A stretch of 64,000 nt of DNA from Candidatus Competibacteraceae bacterium (GCA_039807445.1 JBDHRG010000001.1:3367-67366), one strand, 5' to 3'; positions 1-10,988 are shown, numbered from the stretch's first letter. Translations and numbers: made by a program. Notes: generated from the sequence alone by a model not told the origin.

Positions 1-74
1 GATTCCTGTCGGTGCGCGGGCCGCGGGGCCCGGCGAGCGCGCGTTGCGTCGGAAGAGTATCGCGGCCGGGGGCT

Positions 75-1220
75 TCAGCGCGCGGCGCGCGCGCGGCTGC
101 GCATCGAGGCGATGAAACGATCGAACAGCGGCGCGACGTCGTGCGGCCCCGGGCTCGCTTCGGGGTGGCCCTGGAAGCTGAACGCCGGACAATCGGTGCG
201 CTCGAGCCCCTGCAGCGTGCCGTCGAACAGCGAGCGGTGGGTCGCACGCAGGTTCGCCGGCAGCGTCGCCTCGTCGACCGCGAAGCCGTGGTTCTGGCTC
301 GAGATCATCACGTGCCCGGCATCGAGGTCTTGCACCGGGTGGTTGCCGCCGTGGTGGCCGAACTTCATCTTCACCGTACGCGCGCCCGAGGCCAGGCCGA
401 GCAGCTGGTGGCCGAGGCAGATGCCGAATACCGGCAGGCCGCTGCCGAGCAGTTCGCGGATCGCCGCGATCGCGTAGTCGCAGGGCTCAGGGTCGCCGGG
501 GCCGTTCGACAGGAACACGCCGTCCGGCGCCAGCGCCAGCGCCTCGGCTGCCGGGGTCTGCGCCGGCACCACCGTGACCTTGCAGCCACGGTCAACCAGC
601 ATGCGCAGGATGTTGCGCTTGACGCCGAAGTCGTAGGCGACGACGTGGAAGTCGAAGGACTCGGGTCTGGTGAAGCCGTCGGTCTCGAGCGCCCAGCTGC
701 CCTCGGTCCAGACGTAGGGCTCGGCGGTCGACACGACCTTGGCCAAGTCCAGACCTTGCATGCTCGGCGCCGCGCGTGCCGCAGCGACGGCGGCTTCAGC
801 ATCGATACGGCGGTCCCCGGCGATGATGCAGCCGTTCTGCGCCCCCTTTTCGCGCAGCAGCCGCGTCAGGCGGCGGGTGTCGACGTCGGCGATCGCGACC
901 ACGCCGCGGGTGCGCAGGTAGGCGTCGAGCGGCTGGCGCTCGCGCCAGCTGCTGGCCAGCTGCGGCAGATCGCGCACCACCAGACCCGAAGCCCAGATCT
1001 TGCCGGCTTCCTCGTCGCCGGGGTTGGTGCCGACGTTGCCGATGTGCGGATAGGTCAGCGTGACGATCTGACGGCAGTAGGAGGGATCGCTCAGGATTTC
1101 CTGGTAGCCGGTGATCGAGGTGTTGAACACCACTTCACCGACCGTCTGGCCGTCGCTCCCGATGGATTCCCCCCAGAACAGGCTGCCGTCCTCGAGAGCC
1201 AAAAGGGCTGGTTTCCTCAA
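75..1220 (-). CDS. carA: carbamoyl-phosphate synthase small (glutamine amidotransferase) subunit
   Basis: Track ORF 75..1286(-). [47 protein letters not shown] is typical CarA. I moved the start to TTG at 1220, which is preceded by GGAGG (rc of 1226-1230). The extra 22 codons in the track ORF run through a perfect hairpin. Confidence 0.9.
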   Translation of the reverse strand: MRKPALLALEDGSLFWGESIGSDGQTVGEVVFNTSITGYQEILSDPSYCRQIVTLTYPHIGNVGTNPGDEEAGKIWASGLVVRDLPQLASSWRERQPLDAYLRTRGVVAIADVDTRRLTRLLREKGAQNGCIIAGDRRIDAEAAVAAARAAPSMQGLDLAKVVSTAEPYVWTEGSWALETDGFTRPESFDFHVVAYDFGVKRNILRMLVDRGCKVTVVPAQTPAAEALALAPDGVFLSNGPGDPEPCDYAIAAIRELLGSGLPVFGICLGHQLLGLASGARTVKMKFGHHGGNHPVQDLDAGHVMISSQNHGFAVDEATLPANLRATHRSLFDGTLQGLERTDCPAFSFQGHPEASPGPHDVAPLFDRFIASMRSRARAAR

Positions 1221-1240
1221 AGCTGCCTCCGCTCGACGCT

Positions 1241-1290
1241 GGACATGCGAAGCGGGAGGGAGACGAGGCTCCCTCCCGCTTCGCATGTCC
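1241..1290. repeat. perfect inverted repeat, 22-bp stem and 6-nt loop, between dapB stop and carA start
   Basis: 1241-1262 ggacatgcgaagcgggagggag is the exact reverse complement of 1269-1290; loop is acgagg. It makes the + and - ORF tracks translate to near-identical peptides (MRSGRE.RLPPASH). No U-tract follows on the minus strand. Confidence 0.85.
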
Positions 1291-1391
1291 GTACAAACTG
1301 GCCGGTCAAAATTTTCGGGATGATACAGGACCCCTCCCGCGACTGTCCACGCGCACCGCCGGCCGCCGGGCGGCCGATGCGCAGGCCGACA

Positions 1392-2336
<945 letters not shown>

Positions 2337-2348
2337 ATGGTGCGCTCC

Positions 2349-2376
2349 ATTATGCCGATCCGCGCGCGCTTGACAA
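2349..2376 (-). promoter_or_regulatory. putative sigma70 promoter for tRNA-Gly
   Basis: Minus strand reads TTGTCA (rc of 2371-2376), 16-nt spacer, CATAAT (rc of 2349-2354), about 12 nt upstream of the mature tRNA 5' end. Confidence 0.5.
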
Positions 2377-2431
2377 GCCCCCGCGCGCGGTACGCTGCCC
2401 CTTGCGGATCGGACCGGTGCGTCGCGGCCGA

Positions 2432-2779
2432 TCAGACCGCGAACTCCTCGAGCTTGCGGCCGCTCTCGATTGCCGCCTGCAGCCAGCGCGGGCGCTTGCC
2501 GCGGCCACTCCAGGTTTCGTCGGCATTGGCGTCGTTGCGGTACTTGACGATTCTTTCGCCGGCCATCTTGGCGGCGCCACGTCTGCGCTTGGGTTCGAGG
2601 CTCATCAGATCCGGAACGCTCATGCCCACGCTGCTGGCTAGGCTCTCGATCTGCGCCTTGACGTCGTAAAGTCGGTCATCCTGCTGACGTTCGATTTCGC
2701 GGCGTGCCCTCTCGATCAGCGACTGCAACTGCTCGATTGAGAAGGCGGAAAAGTCGATCTCTTCGAATTGAACGCTCAT
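2432..2779 (-). CDS. H-NS family nucleoid-associated DNA-binding protein
   Basis: 115 aa. The N-terminal part looks coiled-coil-like by eye. C-terminal KYRNDANADETWSGRGKRPRWL matches the H-NS DNA-binding motif (TWxGRGxxPxW). Confidence 0.85.
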   Translation of the reverse strand: MSVQFEEIDFSAFSIEQLQSLIERARREIERQQDDRLYDVKAQIESLASSVGMSVPDLMSLEPKRRRGAAKMAGERIVKYRNDANADETWSGRGKRPRWLQAAIESGRKLEEFAV

Positions 2780-2850
2780 GATCGATGCTCGCTTGGGGTT
2801 TTAGTGGATGAATCTTGTCGATTCCGCCCGTCGATGACGAAGGCTATCGC

Positions 2851-2881
2851 AATATAAAAGCATTGCCGCGGCAATGGTCAA
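2851..2881 (-). promoter_or_regulatory. putative sigma70 promoter of the H-NS-like gene, with a 16-bp palindrome in the spacer
   Basis: Minus strand reads TTGACC (rc of 2876-2881), then 17-19 nt, then TTTATATT (rc of 2851-2858). The perfect palindrome CATTGCCGCGGCAATG (2861-2876) occupies most of the spacer and its last base overlaps the -35 hexamer. Local AT-rich patch. Confidence 0.35.
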
Positions 2882-3266
2882 GGGTGAGCGCGAACGAATT
2901 AACATCGCGCGGCCGACGCTTAATGCCTGCGAGTCCGGCGAGGCCCGCTGCGGCGATTCGCGGCGTGTTCGCGATCCCGCCGCGGCGGCGCCGGATTCGA
3001 CCTTTTTGCCGGCGCCGGACGGGCGCTCGCACATTGGCGGTGCCGACGGCGATTTCGCGCGCTCGCAATTACCCGCGTGCCACGTCCGAACAGCCGTATG
3101 CGCCGGCAGGCGCGACACCTGCGAATACCCGTGGAGCGGGTTCCGGTCTTTTGCGCGGACACCGACGCCGGGAAGCGCGGGCGGCCTGCGGCCGTCGGAA
3201 CGGCAGCCGTCACGGATAGAATCTTTTGTGTATCATCGGCTTCCCGCGGAACGGAGCAGGAACGCC

Positions 3267-3467
3267 ATGCTGATCGAGGTCAACGGCCAAACCACCGACA
3301 TCGCCGAAGGGCTCAGCGCCGCCGAGTTGCTCGCCGAGCTCGGGTTCGCCGGCAAACGCCTGGCGCTCGAGATCAATCGCGAGATCGTGCCGCGCAGCCT
3401 GCACGCCGAGCACCGGCTGCAGCCGGGCGACAGGGTCGAGATCGTCCATGCGATCGGCGGCGGCTGA
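3267..3467 (+). CDS. thiS: sulfur carrier protein ThiS
   Basis: 66-aa tail of track ORF 2874..3467: MLIEVNGQ...[13 protein letters not shown], ending in the ThiS C-terminal GG. Immediately upstream of thiG. Confidence 0.9.
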   Translation: MLIEVNGQTTDIAEGLSAAELLAELGFAGKRLALEINREIVPRSLHAEHRLQPGDRVEIVHAIGGG

Positions 3468-3499
3468 GTTCCCGGAACCCTCACCCACCGGAGCCAACG

Positions 3500-4300
3500 A
3501 TGCAAGAGACGAACGCCATCAACGACGACGCGCTGGTGATCGCCGGCCGGCCCTACCGCTCGCGCCTGTTGGTCGGCAGCGGCAAGTACCGTGATCTCGA
3601 ACAGACGCGACTCGCCACCGAGGCGAGCGGCGCCGAGATCGTCACCGTCGCGATCCGCCGCACCAACATCGGTCAGACCCCCGGCGAGCCCAACCTGCTC
3701 GACGTACTGCCACCGAACCGCTACACCATCCTGCCCAACACCGCCGGCTGCTACGACGCCGACTCGGCGGTGCGCACCTGCCGCCTGGCGCGCGAGCTGC
3801 TCGACGGCCACGATCTGGTCAAGCTCGAGGTGCTCGGCGACCCGAAGACGCTGTTCCCCGACGTGATCGAGACGCTCAAGGCCGCCGAGACCCTGGTGCG
3901 CGAGGGCTTCAAGGTCATGGTCTACACCACCGACGACCCGCTGCTCGCCAGGCGCTTCGAGGCGCTGGGCTGTGTCGCGGTGATGCCGCTCGGTGCGCCG
4001 ATCGGCTCGGGGCTGGGCATCCGCAACCCCTACAACATCCTCGAGATCGTCGACAACGCCAGCGTGCCGATCCTGGTCGATGCCGGCGTCGGCACCGCCT
4101 CGGATGCGGCGATCGCGATGGAGCTCGGCTGCGACGGCGTGCTGATGAACACCGCGATCGCCGGCGCGCGCGACCCGGTGCTGATGGCCAGCGCGATGCG
4201 CAAGGCGGTCGAGGCCGGGCGCGAAGCCTTCCGCGCCGGGCGCATCCCGAAGAAGCGCTACGCCAGCGCCTCGTCGCCGATCGACGGCACCTTCTTTTAG
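3500..4300 (+). CDS. thiG: thiazole synthase
   Basis: Internal ATG at 3500 of ORF 3077..4300. [51 protein letters not shown] is typical ThiG. 266 aa. Confidence 0.93.
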   Translation: MQETNAINDDALVIAGRPYRSRLLVGSGKYRDLEQTRLATEASGAEIVTVAIRRTNIGQTPGEPNLLDVLPPNRYTILPNTAGCYDADSAVRTCRLARELLDGHDLVKLEVLGDPKTLFPDVIETLKAAETLVREGFKVMVYTTDDPLLARRFEALGCVAVMPLGAPIGSGLGIRNPYNILEIVDNASVPILVDAGVGTASDAAIAMELGCDGVLMNTAIAGARDPVLMASAMRKAVEAGREAFRAGRIPKKRYASASSPIDGTFF

Positions 4301-4348
4301 TGACACGCGAGGGGTGTTCCTCACCCCTCGCCTCTCGTCCGCTTGCCC

Positions 4349-5038
4349 ATGAACGACACCCACCACCACCGCCGCATCCGCAGCTTCGTGCGCCGCGAAG
4401 GCCGCCTGACCAGCGGCCAGCAGCGCGCGCTCGATGCGCTGTGGCCACGCTTCGGACTCGAGGCCGACGGCACGCCGCTCGACCTCGACGCTGCCTTCGG
4501 CCGGCACGCCGCGCGCGTGCTCGAGATCGGCTTCGGCAACGGCGAATCGCTGGCCGAAATGGCCGCGGGTGCGCCGTACACCGACTTCATCGGCATCGAG
4601 GTTCACCGCCCCGGCGTCGGCCACCTGCTGATGCGCATCGAGGCGCAGGGGCTCACCAACGTGCGCGTGATGTGCGCCGATGCGGTCGAGGTGCTCGAGC
4701 ACCAGATCCCGGACGGCACGCTGGCGCGGGTGCAGCTGTTCTTTCCCGACCCCTGGCACAAGAGGCGCCACCACAAGCGTCGCATCGTCCAGCCCGGCTT
4801 CGTCGCGCTGCTGGCGCGCAAGCTCGCGCACGGCGGCCATCTGCATTTCGCGACCGACTGGCAGAACTACGCCGAACACATGCTCGAGGTGCTGAAGGCT
4901 TCGCCCGACCTCGGCAACGCCGCGCCGCCCGGCGAAGACTACTGCCCGCGCCCGCCCTACCGGCCGCTGACCAAGTTCGAGGCGCGCGGCCAGCGCCTCG
5001 GCCACGGCGTCTGGGATCTGATCTTCGAGCGCAACTGA
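4349..5038 (+). CDS. trmB: tRNA (guanine46-N7)-methyltransferase
   Basis: [50 protein letters not shown] are TrmB motifs. ATG at 4349; the track uses TTG at 4343. Confidence 0.9.
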   Translation: MNDTHHHRRIRSFVRREGRLTSGQQRALDALWPRFGLEADGTPLDLDAAFGRHAARVLEIGFGNGESLAEMAAGAPYTDFIGIEVHRPGVGHLLMRIEAQGLTNVRVMCADAVEVLEHQIPDGTLARVQLFFPDPWHKRRHHKRRIVQPGFVALLARKLAHGGHLHFATDWQNYAEHMLEVLKASPDLGNAAPPGEDYCPRPPYRPLTKFEARGQRLGHGVWDLIFERN

Positions 5039-5054
5039 GACGCGGCGCTCGACG

Positions 5055-6440
5055 TTACCCCCCGCCGCGCACCAGGGCCAGCGCCTCCTCGAGCCGCGTC
5101 ACCGCGGTCACGCGCATACCCTCGGGCGGGTGGCGCGGAGCGTTGGCCCTGGGGATCACCGCGGCGCGAAAGCCGTGCTTGGCGGCTTCGCGCAAGCGCT
5201 CTTCACCGTTCGGCACCGGACGGATCTCGCCGGCGAGTCCGACTTCGCCGAACACGACCAGCTCGTTCGGCAGCGGCCGGTTGCGGAAGCTCGACAGCGC
5301 CGCCATCAGCACCGCCAGGTCCGAAGCCGTCTCGGCGATGCGCACGCCGCCGACCACGTTGACGTAGACATCCTGGTCGTACATCGCCACCCCGGCGTGG
5401 CGGTGCAGCACCGCAAGCAGCATCGCCAGGCGGTTCTGCTCCAGCCCCAGCGTCACGCGCCGCGGGTTGCCGCCGTGACACTCGTCGACCAGCGCCTGCA
5501 CCTCGACCAGCAGCGGCCGCGTGCCTTCGCGTGTGACCATCACCACCGAGCCCGCGACCGGCTCGGGATGGCGCGACAGGAAGATCGCCGAGGGGTTGGC
5601 GACTTCCTTCAGGCCGTGCTCGGTCATCGCGAACACGCCGAGTTCGTTGACCGGGCCGAAGCGGTTCTTGACCGCGCGCAGCACGCGGAAGCGCGAACCC
5701 GTGTCGCCCTCGAAGTACAGCACCGTGTCGACCATGTGCTCGAGCACGCGGGGACCGGCGATCGTGCCCTCCTTGGTGACGTGACCGACGATGAACAGCG
5801 CGGTGCCGCTGCGCTTGGCCAGCCGTACCAGCTGCGCTGCGCTTTCGCGCACTTGCGCCACCGAGCCCGGCGCCGAGGGCAGTTGCTCGGTGAAGATGGT
5901 CTGGATCGAATCGATCACCATCACCTGCGGCTTTTCGTGTGCCGCGACCGCGGTGATGTGCTCGACGCAGGTCTCGGGCAGCAGCTTCAGCCGCTCGCGC
6001 GGCAGCCCCAGGCGCAGCGCGCGCAAGCTCACCTGCTGCGGCGACTCTTCGCCGGTCACGTACAGCGCCGGTACGCTGCCGGCCAGGTGCGCGAGCGTCT
6101 GGATCAACAGCGTCGACTTGCCGATGCCCGGGTCGCCGCCGATCAGCACCACCGAGCCGACCGTGAGCCCGCCGCCGAGCGCGCGGTCGAGCTCGGCGAT
6201 GCCGGTGGCCAGCCGCGCCTGCTCGTCGGTGCCGACCTCGGCCAGCACCTGCACGCGCGCGTCGCGCGCCGAACCGGTGTAGCCGCCCCGCCCGCGCCCA
6301 CCCGCCGGCACCGCGGGCGCAAGCAGCGTTTCCTGCAGCGTGTTCCAGGCACCGCAATCGGTGCACTGCCCCGCCCACTTCGAGGCTTGCGAACCGCACT
6401 CGCTGCAGACGTAGATCACCTTCGCCTTGCCGGCTGCCAT
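5055..6440 (-). CDS. radA: DNA repair protein RadA/Sms
   Basis: From ATG at 6440: zinc finger CSECGSQASKWAGQCTDCGAWNT, Walker A GGDPGIGKSTLL, KNRFG motif, C-terminal Lon-like domain. 461 aa. Only 7 nt downstream of dnaB. Confidence 0.93.
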   Translation of the reverse strand: MAAGKAKVIYVCSECGSQASKWAGQCTDCGAWNTLQETLLAPAVPAGGRGRGGYTGSARDARVQVLAEVGTDEQARLATGIAELDRALGGGLTVGSVVLIGGDPGIGKSTLLIQTLAHLAGSVPALYVTGEESPQQVSLRALRLGLPRERLKLLPETCVEHITAVAAHEKPQVMVIDSIQTIFTEQLPSAPGSVAQVRESAAQLVRLAKRSGTALFIVGHVTKEGTIAGPRVLEHMVDTVLYFEGDTGSRFRVLRAVKNRFGPVNELGVFAMTEHGLKEVANPSAIFLSRHPEPVAGSVVMVTREGTRPLLVEVQALVDECHGGNPRRVTLGLEQNRLAMLLAVLHRHAGVAMYDQDVYVNVVGGVRIAETASDLAVLMAALSSFRNRPLPNELVVFGEVGLAGEIRPVPNGEERLREAAKHGFRAAVIPRANAPRHPPEGMRVTAVTRLEEALALVRGGG

Positions 6441-6447
6441 GCGTCCC

Positions 6448-7857
6448 TCACTCGTAGCTGTCGCTCGAGTACATCTCGGGGGCGAGATTCTCGAAGCGCG
6501 TGTACTTGCCGAGGAAAGCCAGCCGTACGCTGCCGATCGGGCCATTGCGCTGCTTGCCGATGATGATCTCGGCGACGCCCTTCTCGGCGCTGTCCTTGTT
6601 GTAGACCTCGTCTCGGTAGATGAAGCAGATCAAGTCAGCATCTTGCTCAATCGCACCAGATTCGCGAAGGTCCGACATCACCGGGCGCTTGCTCGGGCGC
6701 TGCTCGAGCGAGCGGTTGAGCTGCGACAGCGCGATCACCGGCACGTGCAGCTCTTTGGCCAGCGCCTTCAGCGAGCGCGAGATCTCGGAGATTTCGGCGG
6801 TGCGGTTTTCGGCGAAGCCCGGCACCTGCATCAACTGCAGGTAATCGATCATGATCAGCCCGAGCTGGCCGTACTCGCGCGCCAGCCGGCGGCAGCGCGC
6901 GCGCACCTCGCTCGGGCTCAGCGCCGCCGAATCGTCGATGAACAGCTGCGCCTCGGCCAGCAGGCTCACCGCCGAGGTCAGCCGCGGCCAATCCTCGTCC
7001 TCGAGCTTGCCGGTACGGATGCGGTGCTGGTCGATGCGTCCGAGCGACGACATCATGCGCAGCGCCAGGTGCTCGCCCGGCATTTCCATGCTGAATACCG
7101 CGACCGGCTCGCGAAGCTTGATCGCGGCGTTTTCGACGATGTTCATCGCGAAACTGGTCTTCCCCATACTGGGGCGTCCGGCGATGATGATCAGGTCGCC
7201 GGCCTGCAGCCCGGCGGTGATCTCGTCGAAATCGCTCCAGCCGGTCGGCACGCCGGTGATCGGGTCTTCGCGCTCGAACAGCATGTCGATGCGGTCGACC
7301 GCCTTGGTCAGCAGATCCTTGATCGGCTGGAAGCCCTGGCCTTCCTTGCGCCCCTGCTCGGCGATCGCGAACACCTTGCGCTCGGCTTCGTCGAGCAGGG
7401 TCTTGCTGTCGCGGCCCTCGGGCGCGTAGGCGCTGGCGGCGATCTCGGTGCCGACGCGGATCAGCTGGCGCAGCACCGAACGCTCGCGGACGATGTCGGC
7501 GTAGGCGCGGATGTTGGCCGCCGAGGGCGTGTCGCGCGCCAGCGTCGCCAGATACGCCATGCCGCCGGCGTCGTCGAGCTGGGCGTTGCGCTCGAGTGCG
7601 CCGGCCAGCGTGACCACGTCGAGCGGCTGGCCGCGCTCGGCCAGATCGCGGATCGCGCGGAAGATCAGCCGGTGATCGGCGCGGTAGAAATCCTCTTCGA
7701 TGATGCGGTCGGCCACCTGGTCCCAGGCGGCGTTGTCGAGCATCAGCCCGCCGAGCACCGACTGCTCGGCCTCGAGCGAGTGCGGCGGCACCCGCAGCGC
7801 GTCGGCCTCGGAGTCGCGAAGGCCAGCGGCGGGCGGAAAAGAAGGCGCGGGCTGCAC
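6448..7857 (-). CDS. dnaB: replicative DNA helicase
   Basis: 469 aa. PPHSLEAEQSVLGGLML N-terminal motif; Walker A GRPSMGKTSFAMN; IDYLQLM; SQLNR. GTG start at 7857 with GAGGTG upstream. Confidence 0.93.
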   Translation of the reverse strand: MQPAPSFPPAAGLRDSEADALRVPPHSLEAEQSVLGGLMLDNAAWDQVADRIIEEDFYRADHRLIFRAIRDLAERGQPLDVVTLAGALERNAQLDDAGGMAYLATLARDTPSAANIRAYADIVRERSVLRQLIRVGTEIAASAYAPEGRDSKTLLDEAERKVFAIAEQGRKEGQGFQPIKDLLTKAVDRIDMLFEREDPITGVPTGWSDFDEITAGLQAGDLIIIAGRPSMGKTSFAMNIVENAAIKLREPVAVFSMEMPGEHLALRMMSSLGRIDQHRIRTGKLEDEDWPRLTSAVSLLAEAQLFIDDSAALSPSEVRARCRRLAREYGQLGLIMIDYLQLMQVPGFAENRTAEISEISRSLKALAKELHVPVIALSQLNRSLEQRPSKRPVMSDLRESGAIEQDADLICFIYRDEVYNKDSAEKGVAEIIIGKQRNGPIGSVRLAFLGKYTRFENLAPEMYSSDSYE

Positions 7858-7920
7858 GGCGGAAACACCTCAGGGGCAAGGAGGTCCGTTCGGGCACGGA
7901 AGCCCAGTCTAGCACGGCAG

Positions 7921-7954
7921 AAAAAAGCCCCGTCCGCGCGTGGCGGACGGGGCT
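7921..7954 (-). terminator. Rho-independent terminator after rplI
   Basis: 12-bp stem agccccgtccgc (7926-7937) / gcggacggggct (7943-7954) with a 5-nt loop. Followed on the minus strand by a T-run (plus-strand AAAAAA at 7921-7926). Confidence 0.8.
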
Positions 7955-7978
7955 TCAGGGGCCGGAGCCGGAAAGGAC

Positions 7979-8425
7979 TTACTCGGCGATGACGTTGATG
8001 TGCAGCTTGCAGTTGACGTCGGTGTGCAGGTGTATGTCCACCTCGCACTCGCCGATGTGGCGGATCGGACCGGCCGGCATGCGCACCTCGGCCTTGGCCA
8101 GCTCGATGCCGGCGGCCGACACCGCTTCGGCGATGTCGGCCGGGCCGATCGAGCCGAACAGGCGGCCTTCGGCGCCCGCCTTGGCCGCCATCGTCACCAT
8201 GATGTCGGCGAGCTGCTCGCGGCGCTCGTGGGCCTTGGCCAGCGCGGCGGCGGCAGTGGCCTCGAGCTCGGCGCGGCGCGCCTCGAACTTGGCGACGTTG
8301 CCCGGGGTGGCTTCGGTGGCCTTGCCCTGCGGGATCAGGAAATTGCGGCCGTAGCCCGGCTTGACGCTGACCCGGTCGCCCAGGTTGCCGAGATTCTCGA
8401 CCTTGGTGAGCAGAATGACATTCAT
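7979..8425 (-). CDS. rplI: 50S ribosomal protein L9
   Basis: From ATG at 8425: [36 protein letters not shown]. 148 aa. Confidence 0.93.
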   Translation of the reverse strand: MNVILLTKVENLGNLGDRVSVKPGYGRNFLIPQGKATEATPGNVAKFEARRAELEATAAAALAKAHERREQLADIMVTMAAKAGAEGRLFGSIGPADIAEAVSAAGIELAKAEVRMPAGPIRHIGECEVDIHLHTDVNCKLHINVIAE

Positions 8426-8466
8426 CGTGGAAACTCCGAAAACTCTTGAACGTTGCGGTGCGCCGC

Positions 8467-9366
8467 TCAGCGCACCCCCGCCCTCGCCGCCCGCGCGCGC
8501 AAGTCCAGCCAGCAGTCGATCAGCCCCAGCGCGCACAGCGCCACGGCCACCTGCGGCATCGCCAGCACCAGCGCCACGTACAGCGCGATCAGCCAGGCCC
8601 CCTTCATGCCGCGCGCCGCGACCAGGCCGTGCACCACGGCCAGGCCTTGCAGCGCGAAGCCCAGCCCGAGCACCAGCGCCAGGTTGACCAGCCACGGTAT
8701 ATCGAGCGCCAGCGCCGCGGCGATCAGCACCGTCGCGAGCAGCGCCTGCACGCGCCCCAGGCGCAGGGCGTGGAACTCGCGCCGGAAGCCGCCCGGGTTG
8801 TACAGCCGCGCCTGCCACCAGCGTCCGACCAGCACGCCGAGCAGCGCCGACAGCATCACATTGGCGGCAAGCACCCCCGGCATCAGCGGCGCCAGCGTGC
8901 GCAGCGCCGCCTCGAGCGTCGAAGCATCGATCACGCCCTCGAACGCCGGCTTCAGCGTCGCCGACAGCACGCCATACCACCAGGCGGCCGGGTCGTCGAA
9001 CAGCAGCCCGAAGGCGCCGATCGCGAGCCAGCCGAGGCCCACCGCCGTGCTGACGGTCAACGCCAGCGACACGCTGGCGCGCAGCGTCGCCGCCAGCAGC
9101 CACACCGGCAGCCAGTATCCCGGCAGCACGCCGGCGACCGGTCCGGGGCCGTCGAACAGCAGCCAGCCCAGCACCACGGCGCCGAGGCACGCCAGCCCCA
9201 GCACCCAGGCGCCGTCGGCCGGGCCGCGGCGCAGCGTCACCAGCGCCAGCGCGCCGCCCGACAGCAGTAGCACCGGCGGCACCAGCAGCGCGAAGAACAT
9301 GCCGGCCGCGACGACCAGGGCCGCCCGCGAGCGGCCGGCCATTACCAGCGAAGCCAGGGCATTCAT
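8467..9366 (-). CDS. polytopic inner-membrane protein of unknown function, inserted between rpsR and rplI
   Basis: 299 aa with multiple hydrophobic segments. From memory, a membrane protein sits at the same position in Pseudomonas-type rpsF-rpsR-x-rplI operons. No functional motif recognised. Confidence 0.7.
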   Translation of the reverse strand: MNALASLVMAGRSRAALVVAAGMFFALLVPPVLLLSGGALALVTLRRGPADGAWVLGLACLGAVVLGWLLFDGPGPVAGVLPGYWLPVWLLAATLRASVSLALTVSTAVGLGWLAIGAFGLLFDDPAAWWYGVLSATLKPAFEGVIDASTLEAALRTLAPLMPGVLAANVMLSALLGVLVGRWWQARLYNPGGFRREFHALRLGRVQALLATVLIAAALALDIPWLVNLALVLGLGFALQGLAVVHGLVAARGMKGAWLIALYVALVLAMPQVAVALCALGLIDCWLDLRARAARAGVR

Positions 9367-9412
9367 CGGCTGGTGCGCGTCACGGGTTCGGCAGCGGAGG
9401 CCGCGCCCGGGC

Positions 9413-9637
9413 TCAATGGCGATCGGTGTACGGCAGCAGCGCCAGGAAGCGCGCGCGCTTGACCGCGGTCGCCAGCTGGCGCTGGTAGCGCGCCTTGGTG
9501 CCGGTGATGCGGCTCGGCACGATCTTGCCGGTCTCGGTGATGTAGTTCTTCAGGGTCGCCAGATCCTTGTAGTCGATCTCGGTGACGCCTTCGGCGGTGA
9601 AGCGGCAGTACTTCCGGCGGCGGAAGAAACGCGACAT
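9413..9637 (-). CDS. rpsR: 30S ribosomal protein S18
   Basis: [42 protein letters not shown]. 74 aa. Confidence 0.95.
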   Translation of the reverse strand: MSRFFRRRKYCRFTAEGVTEIDYKDLATLKNYITETGKIVPSRITGTKARYQRQLATAVKRARFLALLPYTDRH

Positions 9638-9710
9638 GGTTCAGTCCTCGTTGATCGTTCGGTTCGGGTACACGCGAGGCGCGGCACGCGCCGCCGGGCG
9701 CGCGGCCGGC

Positions 9711-10097
9711 CTACTCGTCGTCGCCCTCGTCGATGGCGGCCGGCGCGGCCTCGCGCGATTCCCGCTCTTCGCGCCCTTCGCGCGACTTGGCGAGCGGCGA
9801 AGGCTCGGTATCGGCGCGGTCGCGCTGGATGACCAGGTTGCGCAGTACCGCGTCGTTGAAGCGGAAGGCCGATTCGAGCTCGTCGAGCACGGCCTGGCTG
9901 CACTCGATGTTCATCAGCACGTAGTGCGCCTTGTGCACCTTGGCGATCGGATAGGCGAGCTGGCGGCGACCCCAGTCTTCGAGGCGGTGGATCTGGCCGC
10001 CGTCGGCCTCGATCATCGAGCGGTAGCGCTCGATCATCGCCGGGACCTGCTCGCTCTGGTCAGGATGGACCATGAACACGACTTCGTAGTGACGCAT
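9711..10097 (-). CDS. rpsF: 30S ribosomal protein S6
   Basis: From ATG at 10097: [30 protein letters not shown], with an acidic C-terminal tail. 128 aa. Confidence 0.93.
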   Translation of the reverse strand: MRHYEVVFMVHPDQSEQVPAMIERYRSMIEADGGQIHRLEDWGRRQLAYPIAKVHKAHYVLMNIECSQAVLDELESAFRFNDAVLRNLVIQRDRADTEPSPLAKSREGREERESREAAPAAIDEGDDE

Positions 10098-10191
10098 CGA
10101 AGCTCCTTGCGGATGTGATGACAGCCTCCCGCGCAGACGGTGAGGCAAGGAGCCGGATGCAGCCCGAAGGCCGCACCCGGAAAAGCCGCGC

Positions 10192-10220
10192 AGTATAGGG
10201 ACTTGTCGCCGGCGGCGCAA
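10192..10220 (-). promoter_or_regulatory. putative sigma70 promoter of the rpsF operon
   Basis: Minus strand reads TTGCGC (rc of 10215-10220), 17 nt, TATACT (rc of 10192-10197). It would give a ~90-nt leader containing a GC hairpin with a UUCG loop. Confidence 0.45.
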
Positions 10221-10229
10221 ACGCGGGGC

Positions 10230-10988
10230 TCAGGCGCGCCGCGCCGCGCCGCGCTGGCGCACCGCCTCGAACAGGAACACACCGGTCGCGACCGAGACGT
10301 TCAGGCTCTCGACGGCGCCGGCCATCGGGATGCGGGCGAGGAAGTCGCAGGCTTCGCGTGTCAGCCGGCGTAAGCCCTTGTCTTCGGCCCCCATCACCAG
10401 CGCGACCGGCCCCTTGAAGTCGATCGCGTACAGCTCGGCCCCGGCTTCGCCGGCGGCGCCGACCAGCCAGATGCCGCGCTCCTGCAGGCTGCGCAGCGTG
10501 CGCGCGAGGTTGGTGACCTGCACGAAGGGCACGTGCTCGGCACCGCCGCAGGCGACCTTGCGCGCGATCGGGGTCAGGCCGGCGGCGCGGTCGGCGGGCG
10601 TGATCACCGCGTGCACGCCGGCGGCGTCGGCGCTGCGTAGGCAGGCGCCGAGATTGTGCGGATCGGTGACCCCGTCGAGCACCAGCAGCAGCGCCGGCGT
10701 CTCGAGGCCGTCGAGCAGCGCCTCGAGCTCGCCTTCGCTCCACGCCTTCTGCGCTGCGGCGCGCTGCAGTACCACGCCCTGGTGGCGCCCGCCGCCGCAC
10801 AGCTTGTCGAGCTCGCCGCCGTCGACCAGACGCACCGCCACTCCGGCCGCCTCGGCCAGCCGGAGCACTTCGCGGATGCGCGGGTCGTGGCGCTTGCGGT
10901 CGGCCCACAGGCTGCGCACCTGCTGCGGCTCGTGCCTGAGCGCACCGACCACCGCGTGCACGCCGAACACCAGTTCTTCGTTCGCCAT
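10230..10988 (-). CDS. rlmB: 23S rRNA (guanosine-2'-O)-methyltransferase, SpoU family
   Basis: From ATG at 10988: ELVFGVHAV N-terminal substrate-binding region; DGVTDPHNLGACLRSA, LVMGAEDKGLR and ESLNVSVA SpoU motifs. Sits directly after rnr, as in E. coli. Confidence 0.9.
   Translation of the reverse strand: MANEELVFGVHAVVGALRHEPQQVRSLWADRKRHDPRIREVLRLAEAAGVAVRLVDGGELDKLCGGGRHQGVVLQRAAAQKAWSEGELEALLDGLETPALLLVLDGVTDPHNLGACLRSADAAGVHAVITPADRAAGLTPIARKVACGGAEHVPFVQVTNLARTLRSLQERGIWLVGAAGEAGAELYAIDFKGPVALVMGAEDKGLRRLTREACDFLARIPMAGAVESLNVSVATGVFLFEAVRQRGAARRA

Noticed and set aside
1249-1257. The 9-mer GAAGCGGGA is shared between the dapB-carA hairpin arm and the heptad array at 45688.
   Set aside because: A single shared 9-mer in 64 kb of GC-rich DNA, counting both strands, is about what chance predicts. 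No further similarity extends beyond it.
2890-3266. Expected TPP (THI-box) riboswitch upstream of thiS-thiG.
   Set aside because: The conserved UGAGA and ACCUGA..GCCAGCG blocks are not present on either strand by eye. Left as an open low-interest finding rather than a feature.
9638-9710. Absence of priB between rpsF and rpsR (73-nt gap), with an extra membrane-protein gene between rpsR and rplI.
   Set aside because: From memory, rpsF-rpsR-(membrane protein)-rplI-dnaB without priB is the normal arrangement in Pseudomonas-like lineages. The whole mutL..dnaB synteny here matches that arrangement, so this is lineage-typical and not novel.
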